In this document: positions 28,688 to 39,191 of the stretch, one piece after another | Numbering within the stretch: position 1 is the stretch's first letter | How the letters are laid out: each line of letters opens with the position of its first letter | NCBI RefSeq assembly: GCF_001194135.2 | Contig: NC_068987.1 | Span: forward strand, 94,802,460 to 94,866,459 | Length of the DNA stretch: 64,000 nucleotides | From: Octopus bimaculoides | Lineage: Eukaryota | Direction of reading: 5' to 3' | Notes under the pieces: model-generated | The model's database searches: none | Told to the model about the DNA's origin: nothing | The model's input: the letters and a program-made list of their open reading frames with translations, nothing else | Made by a program: the position numbers and the translations under genes

Positions 28688-29154
28688 ATCATTATTATTA
28701 TTATAAATATTTATATAATTGAAAGGTGCAGTGGAAAAATAGAGGAGAAATATTTAAATGTTTTGCACTATTTAGCTACCTCCATTTATATCCTGCTGAG
28801 TTTCAATCATACCACATTCAACTTTATTGTTCATCCTCCTCAATTGATAGGTACGGGTAATGTACTTAAATCAAATTACTTCCATTCATTCAATTCTCTG
28901 TAGCTATCCCCTAAAAGTTTTGGCCTCTTGACACTGTTAGAAATCATCTTTGTTGTTGTTGTTGTTATTTCTTGTTGTAACAGTGTATGTGTTTCATTCT
29001 GTAAAGATATTTGCACTATGTAATCTTGTTTTTGTCTCCTTCTATGAGGTTATCCTTTCTCAACCAGAAATAAGCCAGGAAAAATGCAAGGGGTGGGTTC
29101 TGTGATAGTCGATTCAAGGAAAGCCATTCCTATATAGATGAATTTTTTAAAAAT

Positions 29155-29392
29155 GTGCAGGTGTGGCTGTGTGGCAAATATTTATGAAATAAAGTAGCTT
29201 GCTTCCTAACCACATGGTTCCAGGTTCAGTCCCACTGTGTGGCACATTGGGCAAATGTCTACTACTATAGCCTCAGGCCAACTTAAGTCTTCTGAGTGGA
29301 TATGGTAGATGGAAACTGAAAGAAGCCTGTCATATATATATATATATATATATTCATGTGAATGTGCCCTTGTGTCTGTGTTTGTTCCCACT
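29155..29392 (+). mobile_element. Family-B tRNA SINE (GGCTGTGTGG head), 3'-truncated
   Basis: AGCTTGCTTCCTAACCACATGGTTCCAGGTTCAGTCCCACTG...GGAAACTGAAAGAAGCC. It carries an AT-rich insertion of about 16-17 bp after GGCTGTGTGG relative to the copy at 37626. Confidence 0.85.
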
Positions 29393-29739
29393 CTTCAAGG
29401 GGCTTTAGAGTTCATACATATAAAAAATTGTGGTTAAAAATGTAAATAAAATTGGAAAAGGCACAGAAATATATTTTAGAAGATATTTAATATTTTTGTT
29501 ATTGTGAGTTATTTAAAATATATAACCAGTTTCGATGTGTCCATCTTATCAAATATTGAAAAGAATTTTTGTGGGGTTTGGCAGTTTGTACTCACTTTTT
29601 AGTTCTTAGTGAAACTTACTTTAAATTCATTCTCTTATATACATGTTCTTCCACGTAGGTTTGGGGTGGGGTTTGAGAGTTCAAGTTTCAGGAATTCTAT
29701 TGAAAAGAAGTCTTTTGAACTGAATAGGATGATTTTATT

Positions 29740-30560
29740 CAGGTTGTGGCCAGCTGTGTGTGTGTGTGTGTGTGTGTGTGTTTGTGTGGAAGCATTTTTT
29801 CCTTTTGCTATTGTAAGAATATGGTTTAGTGGTTANNNNNNNNNNGTGGTTAAGTGTTTTTTTAAGAATTTCTGAGGAATTATTTTCCATTTACTGTTGT
29901 CTGATTATGTGTGTGTGTGTTGTTTTGTCTGTGTGAGTGTGAAGGTGTGTATGTGTTTGTCTATGTATGTGTGTTGTAGGGTATGGCCAACTGTGTGTGT
30001 TTGGAATATATTATCAAAGCATTTTAGTTTTTTCATTTTTTTGGTCAGTAGTTCTGGTCAACTGTGTGTGTGTGTTGTTTTGCCTGTGAGTGTATGTGTG
30101 TGTGTTGTTTTGCCTGTGAGTGTATGTGTGTGTCTATGTACGTGTGATGTTTTTGTTTTGTATATGTTTTGTATATTGTGGCAGGTGTGCTGTGTGTTTT
30201 TGAATTTTGAGGGGAATGCTTTGCATATGTGTGTGTTAGTGTGTGTGTATGTGTGTGTGTGTGTGTGATAGATCCTTATTTGTTGATTGATAGTGGGTGT
30301 TTAGATATTTAACTGTGGTATAAATTTGTTAAAGAGCTTGGTGTGTGTGTGCTTGTTTTTTTGTAGTGTGTGTGTTGTTTTGTCTGAATGTGTGTGTATA
30401 TTTGTAGTGATGTATGTGTTTTTGTTTTGTTTAGATTTTGGAAACGTTCTAGAATTTGTGGTGTGTGGGTTTATGTCGTGTGTTTTTGGTTTTATGAGAA
30501 TGTTTTGCCTGCATGTGTTATTGTGGTGTGTGTTAACCCCCTAATTTTTTTCTTTTTGAA
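29740..30560. repeat. Degenerate G+T-skewed minisatellite/low-complexity tract
   Basis: (GT)n-based tract with a 30-bp unit TGTGTGTGTGTTGTTTTGCCTGTGAGTGTA repeated twice near 30065-30124 and variants nearby. Confidence 0.8.
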
Positions 30561-30663
30561 TTCCACAAAAATTCTTTTTAATATTTGATAAGATGAATAT
30601 ATTGAAACGGTCCCTTTTCCAACTTTATCTGCTTTTTTTAACTTTATCTATATACATATATAT

Positions 30664-31170
30664 ATCATCATCATCATTTAACGTCCCTTTTCTGTGCTGG
30701 CATGGAGCTGCACCAGGTTCCATTCTGATTTGGCATGGTTTCTACAGATGGATGCCTTTCCTAATTCCAAACACTCCAAAGGTACTGTAGGTGCTTTTTA
30801 CATGCCACCACCACGGGTACCATTGACGTGACGCCAGCAAATCGGCCATGACTACAATCCCACTTGGCTTGACAGGTTTTCTCAAGCATGGCATATCGCT
30901 AAAGGTCTCAGTCACCTGTGACTGCCTCCATAAGGTTCAATGCTTGACTGGTACTTTTTACATCCTATAAGCATGGGTACCAGTCAGACGGCACTTGTCA
31001 TTGCCTCCATGAGGCCCAGCATGCTTCACCACCTCATCTCATCTTCCTGGGTCTACCTCTTCTGCAGGTTTCCTTCACAGTTGGAGATCGGCTCTTCTTT
31101 ACACAGCTATCCTTGTCCATATGCATTACCTGACCATACCAGAGCAGTCATCTCTCTTGCATACCACATT
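30664..31170 (-). mobile_element. RTE-clade LINE 3' end (ORF C-terminus, UTR and GAT tail)
   Basis: The minus strand reads GIKCGMQER*LLWYGQVMHMDKDSCVKKSR..TCRRGRPRK..EVVKH..LGLMEAMT. Confidence 0.9.
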
Positions 31171-31267
31171 TAATGCCTATATATATATATATATATTGGA
31201 GTTATGGAAATGTACTTGTATAGTAGTAAGTGACTTGATTGAGATCATGTGCTGAAACAAAAGCAAT

Positions 31268-31470
31268 TGCTGCATGGAAGATGTTTGTAAGTGTTTAAGA
31301 ACACACAAAAACCTTTAGTTTCAGGTCAACATTCAAATTTAATTTGTGTCAAAATATTTTTATCACTTTGAAACCACGACCTGTTCAATGACAAAACTTT
31401 GTGCAGTACAAAGTGAAACTAACGGTCTTTGTGTGTTCTTAAATGGCTTAGAAACATCTTCCATGCAGCA
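31268..31470. repeat. Palindromic repeat (about 55-bp inverted arms) enclosing a decayed hammerhead-like motif; same family as 44843-45063
   Basis: 31268-31323 versus the reverse complement of 31414-31470 (TGCTGCATGGAAGATGTTT..TTTAAGAACACACAAA..TTAGTTTCA). The interior GTCAAAATATTTTTATCACTTTGAAACCACGACCTGTTCAATGACA is homologous to 44931-44976. Confidence 0.85.
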
Positions 31471-31771
31471 TATAGAGTAAATAGCCAGGTGGATATGCTA
31501 TCATGTATATTGACAGTTCATCCCTTTTGTGTTCTTATCCAATGCAAATTTGTCTCTCATATTCTCACTTCTACCAGATCTGAAAATCCGACTTCTTCTG
31601 ATGGCACATCATCCTATCCAGTGGCTCAGTAAATTTTTAGCTTTCATATACACAAACACACGTACATTCATTTTTTTCAGATGCATATATGTTTTTATGT
31701 GTATACATACATATATACATACACACAAACATATACACACACACACATATACATATGTATATATATATTTG

Positions 31772-32077
31772 TACTCTCGCCCTTTTAAAGCCTAGCCAGG
31801 CTCATGGTCCCAGTTTCCTAGTTTCTATGGCATATGTGCCCCCCCCCCCCAGCTGGACGGGACGCCAGTCCATCGCAGCGTTACTCAAGAAACAAGAAGA
31901 AAGAGTGAGGGGGCGAAAGACTACAACAGGGGTCACCACCCACCCCACCCCCTGCCAGAGCCTCGTGGAGCTTGTGGTGTTTTCACACAATAAACACACT
32001 CAACACCCAGTCTGGGAATCGAAACCACGAGCCTCCGACTGCGAGCCCACTGCCCTAACCACTGGGCCATTGCGCCT

Positions 32078-32079
<2 letters not shown>
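31772..32079 (-). mobile_element. Young tRNA-derived SINE, family C, with a V-domain-like core
   Basis: Reverse complement: A-box TGGCCCAGTGGT, B-box-like GGTTTCGATTCCC, and core CTGCGATGGACTGGCGTCCCGTCCAG (31853-31878). CpGs are retained. Confidence 0.85.
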
Positions 32080-32117
<38 letters not shown>

Positions 32118-32335
32118 TATTCTTTTACTTGTGTCAGCCATTTGACTGCAACCTTGCTGGTGCACCACCTTGAAGGGTTTTAGTCAAACAAATTGACCCC
32201 AGGACTTATTTTAAAGCCTAGTACTTATTTTATTGGGCTATTTTGCTGAACTGTTATGTTATGAGGACATAAACAGACCAACACCAATTGTGAAGTGGTG
32301 ATGGGAGACTGACATGAGCACAAAGACACACACAC
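32118..32335 (-). mobile_element. Family-B SINE 3' half
   Basis: Homologous to 36681-36900 (TTACTTGTGTCAGCCATTTGACTGC..CACCACCTTGAAGGGTTTTAGTC). Confidence 0.8.
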
Positions 32336-35263
32336 ACACAGATATATACATATACACGCACACACACACACACTCATCCCATGTGAGTTTGCTTAACAAG
32401 ATCTAAAGATTTGATTGAATCTCTCAAAAATGACATTTTTTAAACTTCATGTTTATATCTAAAAATTGAAGTGTGAAGGGCATATAATGCTTTTATTTCT
32501 TTGCTTTGCACATTCATGCACACACACACATACACACACACACACACTCTCTCTCTCTCTCTACCCTGTGGCAGAATTTGGCTTTTGGTGATTCTAATGA
32601 CATATTTAATAAACAGACCATTTGCAATAAATCTTCATAGAGAACGATAAACATGAAAATGAACAAGCACAAATATCATTATTCTTAAAATGGCTTGAGC
32701 AAGCCAACTGCATCATTCAAGAGGATTTTCTGTTTTAAAAGTTAGGAATGTTTTGTTTAGTTTTTTGAGAATTTAATCAATCATAGTTGTTCAATATTAT
32801 TTGTTAGATTTAGAATCAGGTTATCAAACCAATTCCCTCCCTCTATGTTTGCTATCCAATAAATTCTTTCTTGCTAGATTTTGTTATTCTGATTTAAATT
32901 GTCATGTGGGGTTCATTAAAGAATTACAAAATGTCTCAATATTTCCAAGTGACACTAAACACTCATTGTATTCTGATATTTAATAACCTATCCCATTCTG
33001 TGACGAAATTGTTACTCTGGTAGTTAAGAAACATGGTCTGAAAGTGGTATTTTCCCCCTGTCAGTTTTATGTTTAAATTAAGGCAAATATTGTAAAAAGA
33101 AATTGCTGTGTATCTCAATAGAATCCATTTTCATATTATAACAATGAATGTTCCATTCCTAAAACACAATTTTGTTTGTGAATTTGTCAGCTGCCAGTTC
33201 AATTTTCCTGTTCACTGAAAACATCATATTTTCCTATGTAGTTAGGTAGTAATTCTTAGTATCATTTTATGGAGAAACTTTCTTTTTAATATTCTAAATT
33301 AATAATTATTTGCCATTTTTTTATATTAGGATCTTTTTTTAGCATAGGTTCTATGCATCATCTCCATCTAAGAGGTACCTTAATATTTCACATAATAACT
33401 ATAGTAACAAAATAGATCAGAGTTTCCTTCACCTCACTTATCCTCCTAAGACTTTCACTGTTAATAAGCTGCAAATGGCAAACAATAACTTGACTCTATT
33501 CAGTGATCCTTATTCAATTTTTAGAGTTTATCAGAGCTTTTGGGGTATCCAAGAAATATGTTTGGTTAAAATAATATCATTGTCTCTGTGATGCCATTGA
33601 AATTACATATTTGCAGTGGTAAAACTCAAAGAAACCAGACAAGTATCTCCATTAATCATTTACAGTTTCTTGTTGATTCATGTAACATTTACTGTCATCT
33701 TCCTTTACTTATTTTTATGTGATTTGATCATAGTTTTTCTGTTCCAGAATGCCATAACTCCTATGCCACATGTCATAACTCATATCTCATAATCTCATCA
33801 TTTTTTTTTATAGGTAAATCCATTGAACTTCCTTTCTAAGGATTTCTTCATTTTAGGATTTTTTTTTTTTGTAATGTTGTCATAGTCACACTTAGAAAGG
33901 GTTTTGTTTTCTAGTTAATAATTTTTAATTAACTTTAAACAATATTGAATAAGTGCTTATGTTAATTAAACCAATCACTGAAATTATTAAAGCGATTGGA
34001 ACCAGTATTCTGTATGCTTAACCATTATATATATATATATATATATATATTCATTATTTATATATTTTATCTATTATTTATATATTATTTATGTATCTAT
34101 TTATGTATGACAAATTGAATTTCCTTGCTTTCTCTTTTGAAGTAATAATAATTATCATGAATAACTTAGTACTACACAATTTGCTCTGGAATATGCTGGA
34201 TATATTTTCAAGCATTTTGTATGGATATTTACACAAATACTGACCTCTTACAGGAGACAGGTTGGCAGACTTTTACAATGAAGTCTGTCATTTTCAGGCC
34301 TTTGTATGTATGCTTCTAAAAGTCTGAAAAGAAACAGTTTTATGGGATACCAATATTCTCTCAACTAGGCATCCACCATCAAATATCTGTAAGACTGGAT
34401 ATCCACAGGAAGGTTTGGATTTACTACTTTAGCAACTAAACTGTGCATACATGGACTCTATAGCTAGCCACACCCCTTACAAGTGTTTCTGTAAAGGTAT
34501 GAGGAGCATGGCATTATTCATCCCCTACCTTTTACTTTCTTAGGTCAGTGGTGCACATACTTCTCCCCGGCCTGTATTTCATACAACTGTTTCTCTCCAC
34601 TTAGTTCTCTCTTCATATCTCAAGAACACCTGACCAATTCTGTTAGTCCTAACTGATGTCACCCTTCCTACTTTCACTTTCACTATGCCTCACCACTCCC
34701 ACTTTCTCCCTTTGTCATCTCTTCCATATGATTTGTTCCTTAAATCATCTCTTCCTGATATGTCCTTCCCTCCTTCTCATCCCTCCTCCTGGCCCTAGCA
34801 ACCTATCTAAGAGAGTAGAGACTCCTATGAAACTACTTGCACAAGGTGGACATGGACACTGCACCCTGTCTGCAAGAGCAACCACTCTGAATAAAAACTG
34901 TGACAATGACTTGTTAGCCCTTGACGATAACCTCTATAGTACTTGTGACAAGCCCCCAAAAAAGTATGTACCCACACTGCAAAGTGGTTGGTGATAGGAT
35001 TAAGGTATCCAGCATGTTAAACAAAATCAAAATCATGCGATACTGTAACAATACTGTACACTTTGATTGTGTATAGCAGACTAGCACTCAGTATGCTAGT
35101 GTTGTACATGATAGTGGAGTGTCTAAATGGAAGCATCTGTTTATAAGAAGCCCTCAGATGACATCAAACGATTACCCATGCCCTTTCAGGATGCAAGAAA
35201 GATGCTTAAAGGATCAACCTTCCCACCATAAGGAATATTTTACTTGTATCAGGTAAAAAAAAC

Positions 35264-35800
35264 GTCGGAGCTGCAACCATTAATGTTGGTACAATGAAAG
35301 GTAGGTCTGGTGAGATGAAAGGGGAATGCTTGAGCAGAGGTGAGTCAACTTATACTGTGTGCAAGAGGTAAGGTGAAAGGTTGTTGGCTGAAGTGGAGAA
35401 AAAAAATGGATAAAGTAAGTGAGGCATCCAGGGTATGTTACAGGATAGTTTTTGAGTATAGGCTAGTTATTGGCAAAGGAACAGTGACTGTTATCATTGT
35501 TTATGCTCCTTAAGTGGGTTTATCTGATAAGTAAAAGAGCTTACCAATGAGGTTCTCTTGCATAGCACCTCAATAATTAAGGATAGTGACAACATTATCT
35601 TAGCTGAAGATCAGCAATGCAAATGAACAACAGGCATTTCAAGAAGCCAACCAATCTCTTGGTCTTCTTCCAGTCCAGTAAGCCTGCAAGTCTGAGAGAT
35701 TTCATTGTCACTAGAAATCAGGATAGAGAAGTGGTTGTAAATGCCAGGTCTTTTATGAATGAAAAATGTAGCACTCAGCTCATTAGATTTAGAGAGACCG
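35264..35800 (+). mobile_element. RTE-clade LINE apurinic-type endonuclease domain, decayed
   Basis: Mosaic translation across frameshifts: ATINVGTMKGRSGE...CVQEVR*KG; VTVIIVYAP; IILAED; FKKPTNLLVFFQS...DFIVTRNQDR...NARSFMNEKCSTQ. These follow the APE motif order NV..QE..YAP..GD..D. Confidence 0.85.
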
Positions 35801-36680
35801 AAAGAGCAAAGACACCGAATGTGGATGTACAAAAGCCGAAGCGTAGTAGCAACTACAGAAATATCAATAACGAACAAAAATTATCTGAATAAACAATGAA
35901 ATCCCATCATTAATTATTACTAATCAATATCATTGAATCCACAAGTTTCAGTAATGTCACAATCTACTTAAACATTGTTGTGGAATTACTAGACATAGCA
36001 ACAAAGTCTCACACAGACTTTTGATAAAATAGATACTCCACACCATGAGAAATATGCATACCTTTCCCTGCCGACATCTAAGTAAGCATATATAACCAAC
36101 CAGTAGTAAAAACTCTAACCTAAAGCTCTGCTGTGTTGAATGAAATGAAATTAGAAAGGAGGAAAAATAAAAAAAGAAAAGAAATGGAAAAATTTTGCAG
36201 TGCTCTTCAGACTGATCTAATATTGACTATTCAATAGAAAGAAAATGAAAAACAGACATGAAAGTAATGTTAATTAAATGTTGAATCAGTGAACAAATTA
36301 AAATTATAATTAATGTAAAGAAAATTCTATTAGACAAAATTACACCAGCCAGCCAGCTAATACATGTATTTCATGCAGAAGACAGACCAGCACAGTTGCT
36401 GACCTCTCTTTTAAACAATGTAGATCTAAAGATCAAGTGGAACTAAAAGAGAAACTTAGATAATGGCAAACATATAAACCATTAATGAGCCTAAACTTTT
36501 CGGAGATTTCCACTTGTAACTAACATTTCTTGTTGATAAACATTGTTTGAAGAGTTAAACCAATATATGAAATATTACTCGGCCATCTAAATGTTTAGTT
36601 GGACGCTTGAAATAATCCTAAATTCTTCCAATAAGACAACAGTTTTCTCAAGCAACAATTCAAGTCCTTAAGGATTTATT

Positions 36681-37060
36681 ATTTTATTCTTCTACTTGTT
36701 TCAGTCATTTGACTGTAGCCATACTGGAGCACCACCTTGAAGAGTTTTAGTCGAATAAATTGACCCCGGGACTTATTTTTTAAGCCTTGTATTTATTCTA
36801 TCAGTCACTTTTGTCAAACTGCTAAGTTATGGGGGCACATAAACACACCAACACCAAATGTCAAGCAGTGATGGTGGGACAAACACAGACTCAAAGACAC
36901 ACACACATGATAGGCTTCTTTCAGTTTCCATCTGTCAAATGCACTCACAAGGCTTTGTTCAGCCTGAGGCTATAGCAGATGAGACTTGCCCAAGGTTCCA
37001 CATAGTTGAAGTGAGCCCAGAACCATGTGGTCATGAAGCAAGCTTCTTACCATACACACC
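36681..37060 (-). mobile_element. Near full-length family-B tRNA SINE
   Basis: The reverse complement runs from the head GGTAAGAAGCTTGCTTC..ACCACATGGTTCTGGG through GGAAACTGAAAGAAGCC to the tail AAATGACTGAAACAAGTAGAAGA. Confidence 0.88.
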
Positions 37061-37625
37061 TTTACCTGAATTTATTGATTTTGCTGCAGGATAATATAAA
37101 TCAGAAAATAAGGGGTTACATAGGAATGCCACCCATAGGAATGCCTTTGACTTGCTTAAAAGCCCTATCTTTTTTACATTTACATTTGTCCATCTAATAT
37201 TACTTTTAGAATTTACTCTGGAGAGATCTTTACTCTCCTTCATGAAACTTTTTCCCCCGTATACTCAAATCTAAGATTTTAGATATCCATTCTTTCACTT
37301 TTCTCTTCTCAAAATTTGTATACAGGGTGGAAAAATCATGTATAATGTGAACCTTTATAACACTCCAAAGTTTATCCAAAAGTTCTCCACCAGATCAGAT
37401 GCCCTATAATAGAATTACTCCTAAATCACCATAAATTTCCCTGCCATATTTTGTAAAAGCTGAAAGATGGCCTTTCCCCAGTCAATGTTCTCTTAACAAA
37501 AATTGCTCTCTCCTTATATATATATACTTAGTAACCCCAGCCCTGAATCTTCTTTACAAAGCACCTTATACAATTTTGGAATCTTTTCAACACTAGTTAT
37601 TAACTTTCTCAGTTGCTCATTACAT

Positions 37626-37730
37626 AGGCGCAGGAGTGGCTGTGTGGTAAGTAGCTTGCTTACTAACCACATGGTTCCGGGTTCATTCCCACTGCGAAAT
37701 GACTGAAACAAGTAAAAGAGTAAAAGAGTA
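37626..37730 (+). mobile_element. Family-B SINE reduced to tRNA head plus terminal tail
   Basis: AGGCGCAGGAGTGGCTGTGTGGTAAGTAGCTTGC...CCGGGTTCATTCCCACTGCG is joined directly to AAATGACTGAAACAAGTAAAAGAGTAAAAGAG. Confidence 0.85.
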
Positions 37731-37764
37731 CTATTTCATGTGTGTGTGTGTGTGTGTGTGTGTG

Positions 37765-37960
37765 ATCATCATTTTGCATCTGTTTTCTTTTCTGGTAAAA
37801 GTCATGGGTTACACAGTTGGAAGACCACATCTTACTCCACTATCTCAATTTTGGCTTCCCTTCTATGACTAGGTACCCTTCCTAATGCCAACCACTTTAG
37901 AGTATACCAAGTGTATTTCTTCACCAACACCATAGAGGTTGTCTTGCACTTTGACAAGAC
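37765..37960 (-). mobile_element. Decayed RTE-type tail (LINE or SINE 3' end)
   Basis: Contains CCCTTCCTAATGCCAACCACTT, matching 18646-18666. Boundaries are approximate. Confidence 0.55.
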
Positions 37961-39111
37961 TGAGGAATCACCTTGAAAACTGCATTATTTCTGCCTGATT
38001 CAACCCCATCCTTACAAAATGTAGTGAGCACTTTTTCCTCCAGCCAGCTCTGTGTAAGTGACAGAGTCAAAGAGCCCCCACCACTGAAAAAGAGAATAGG
38101 AAAGAAAATAATGCCTTTAAGTGATATGTTGGGAGAAGATAGAATATGATAGAGGTTAGAGTGTCTCTACTGGATTCACTGATGACTATATTAACTGAAC
38201 AGTCTATTCATAAGCACCCCTTAAAGTAATTGTTAGGCAGAATCAATATGGTGCAACACAGCTTTCCTGCATCCATGTATGCATACACAATTAAGATCAC
38301 ACATAAACGTTTTTGCTACATGTATGAGTTTTAACATTTTACAGGCGGCGGGGGGGGACCATCCAACTAAATTCATTTGCTTATAAACTAATGTCGCAAT
38401 TTTTGAACTTTCTCCCCCCCCCCCCCTTTAAACACACACACATACAACACTTCTCTCTCTTACACTCGTCTATGAACTTGTTTTATTATTACTTGATACA
38501 TCAATTTGGTTGAAGTTGGACAATTTCTGGTGGAATGCTAAAAACCAACACAATGTCCCAGCTGGTTTTTCTTTTTATTTTTCTTTTGAAAATTTAACTT
38601 TCATATTTTTTTTTTAAATCAAAAATACATTTGAAATCATCTTTCTTCCTGAGTATATAACTCAGTATATTTGATTAATGTATTATTTTATTTTATAAAA
38701 TGTTTTTTGTCCCCTTAAGGCTACAAGCCTAATTTAGAAATTATATTATTGTTAATATTATTATTATTATTATCATTATGAAAAACAAGAAACTAATGTT
38801 TATGATAATTGTATTTTTTGCTTTCATCACTCATATATTTTATTTTCATACATATGAAGAAGAGAAAGCTATGAACTTCCCTCTAATATTGTAAACCTTT
38901 TATAATATGCAGAGTTTTACGAAGACTTTGGAATCACATCTCCTGAATCCTTGACATTTGGTTGTAAATTCTCAATCCTAAATGTTTGGTGAAAACTTTA
39001 TATTAACATTTCTATGCTCACATATAAACATTTATAGTTTTTTTTATATAATCTCTTCCATCTTTGTTTACTTGTACAATTTCTGAGACTTTTTAAGTTA
39101 AAATATCTATC

Positions 39112-39116
<5 letters not shown>

Positions 39117-39186
<70 letters not shown>
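39117..39186. repeat. (AC)35 microsatellite
   Basis: Direct inspection. Confidence 0.95.

Positions 39187-39191
<5 letters not shown>

Noticed and set aside
31689-32183. 164-aa plus-strand ORF
   Set aside because: It overlaps the antisense of a SINE and CA repeats.
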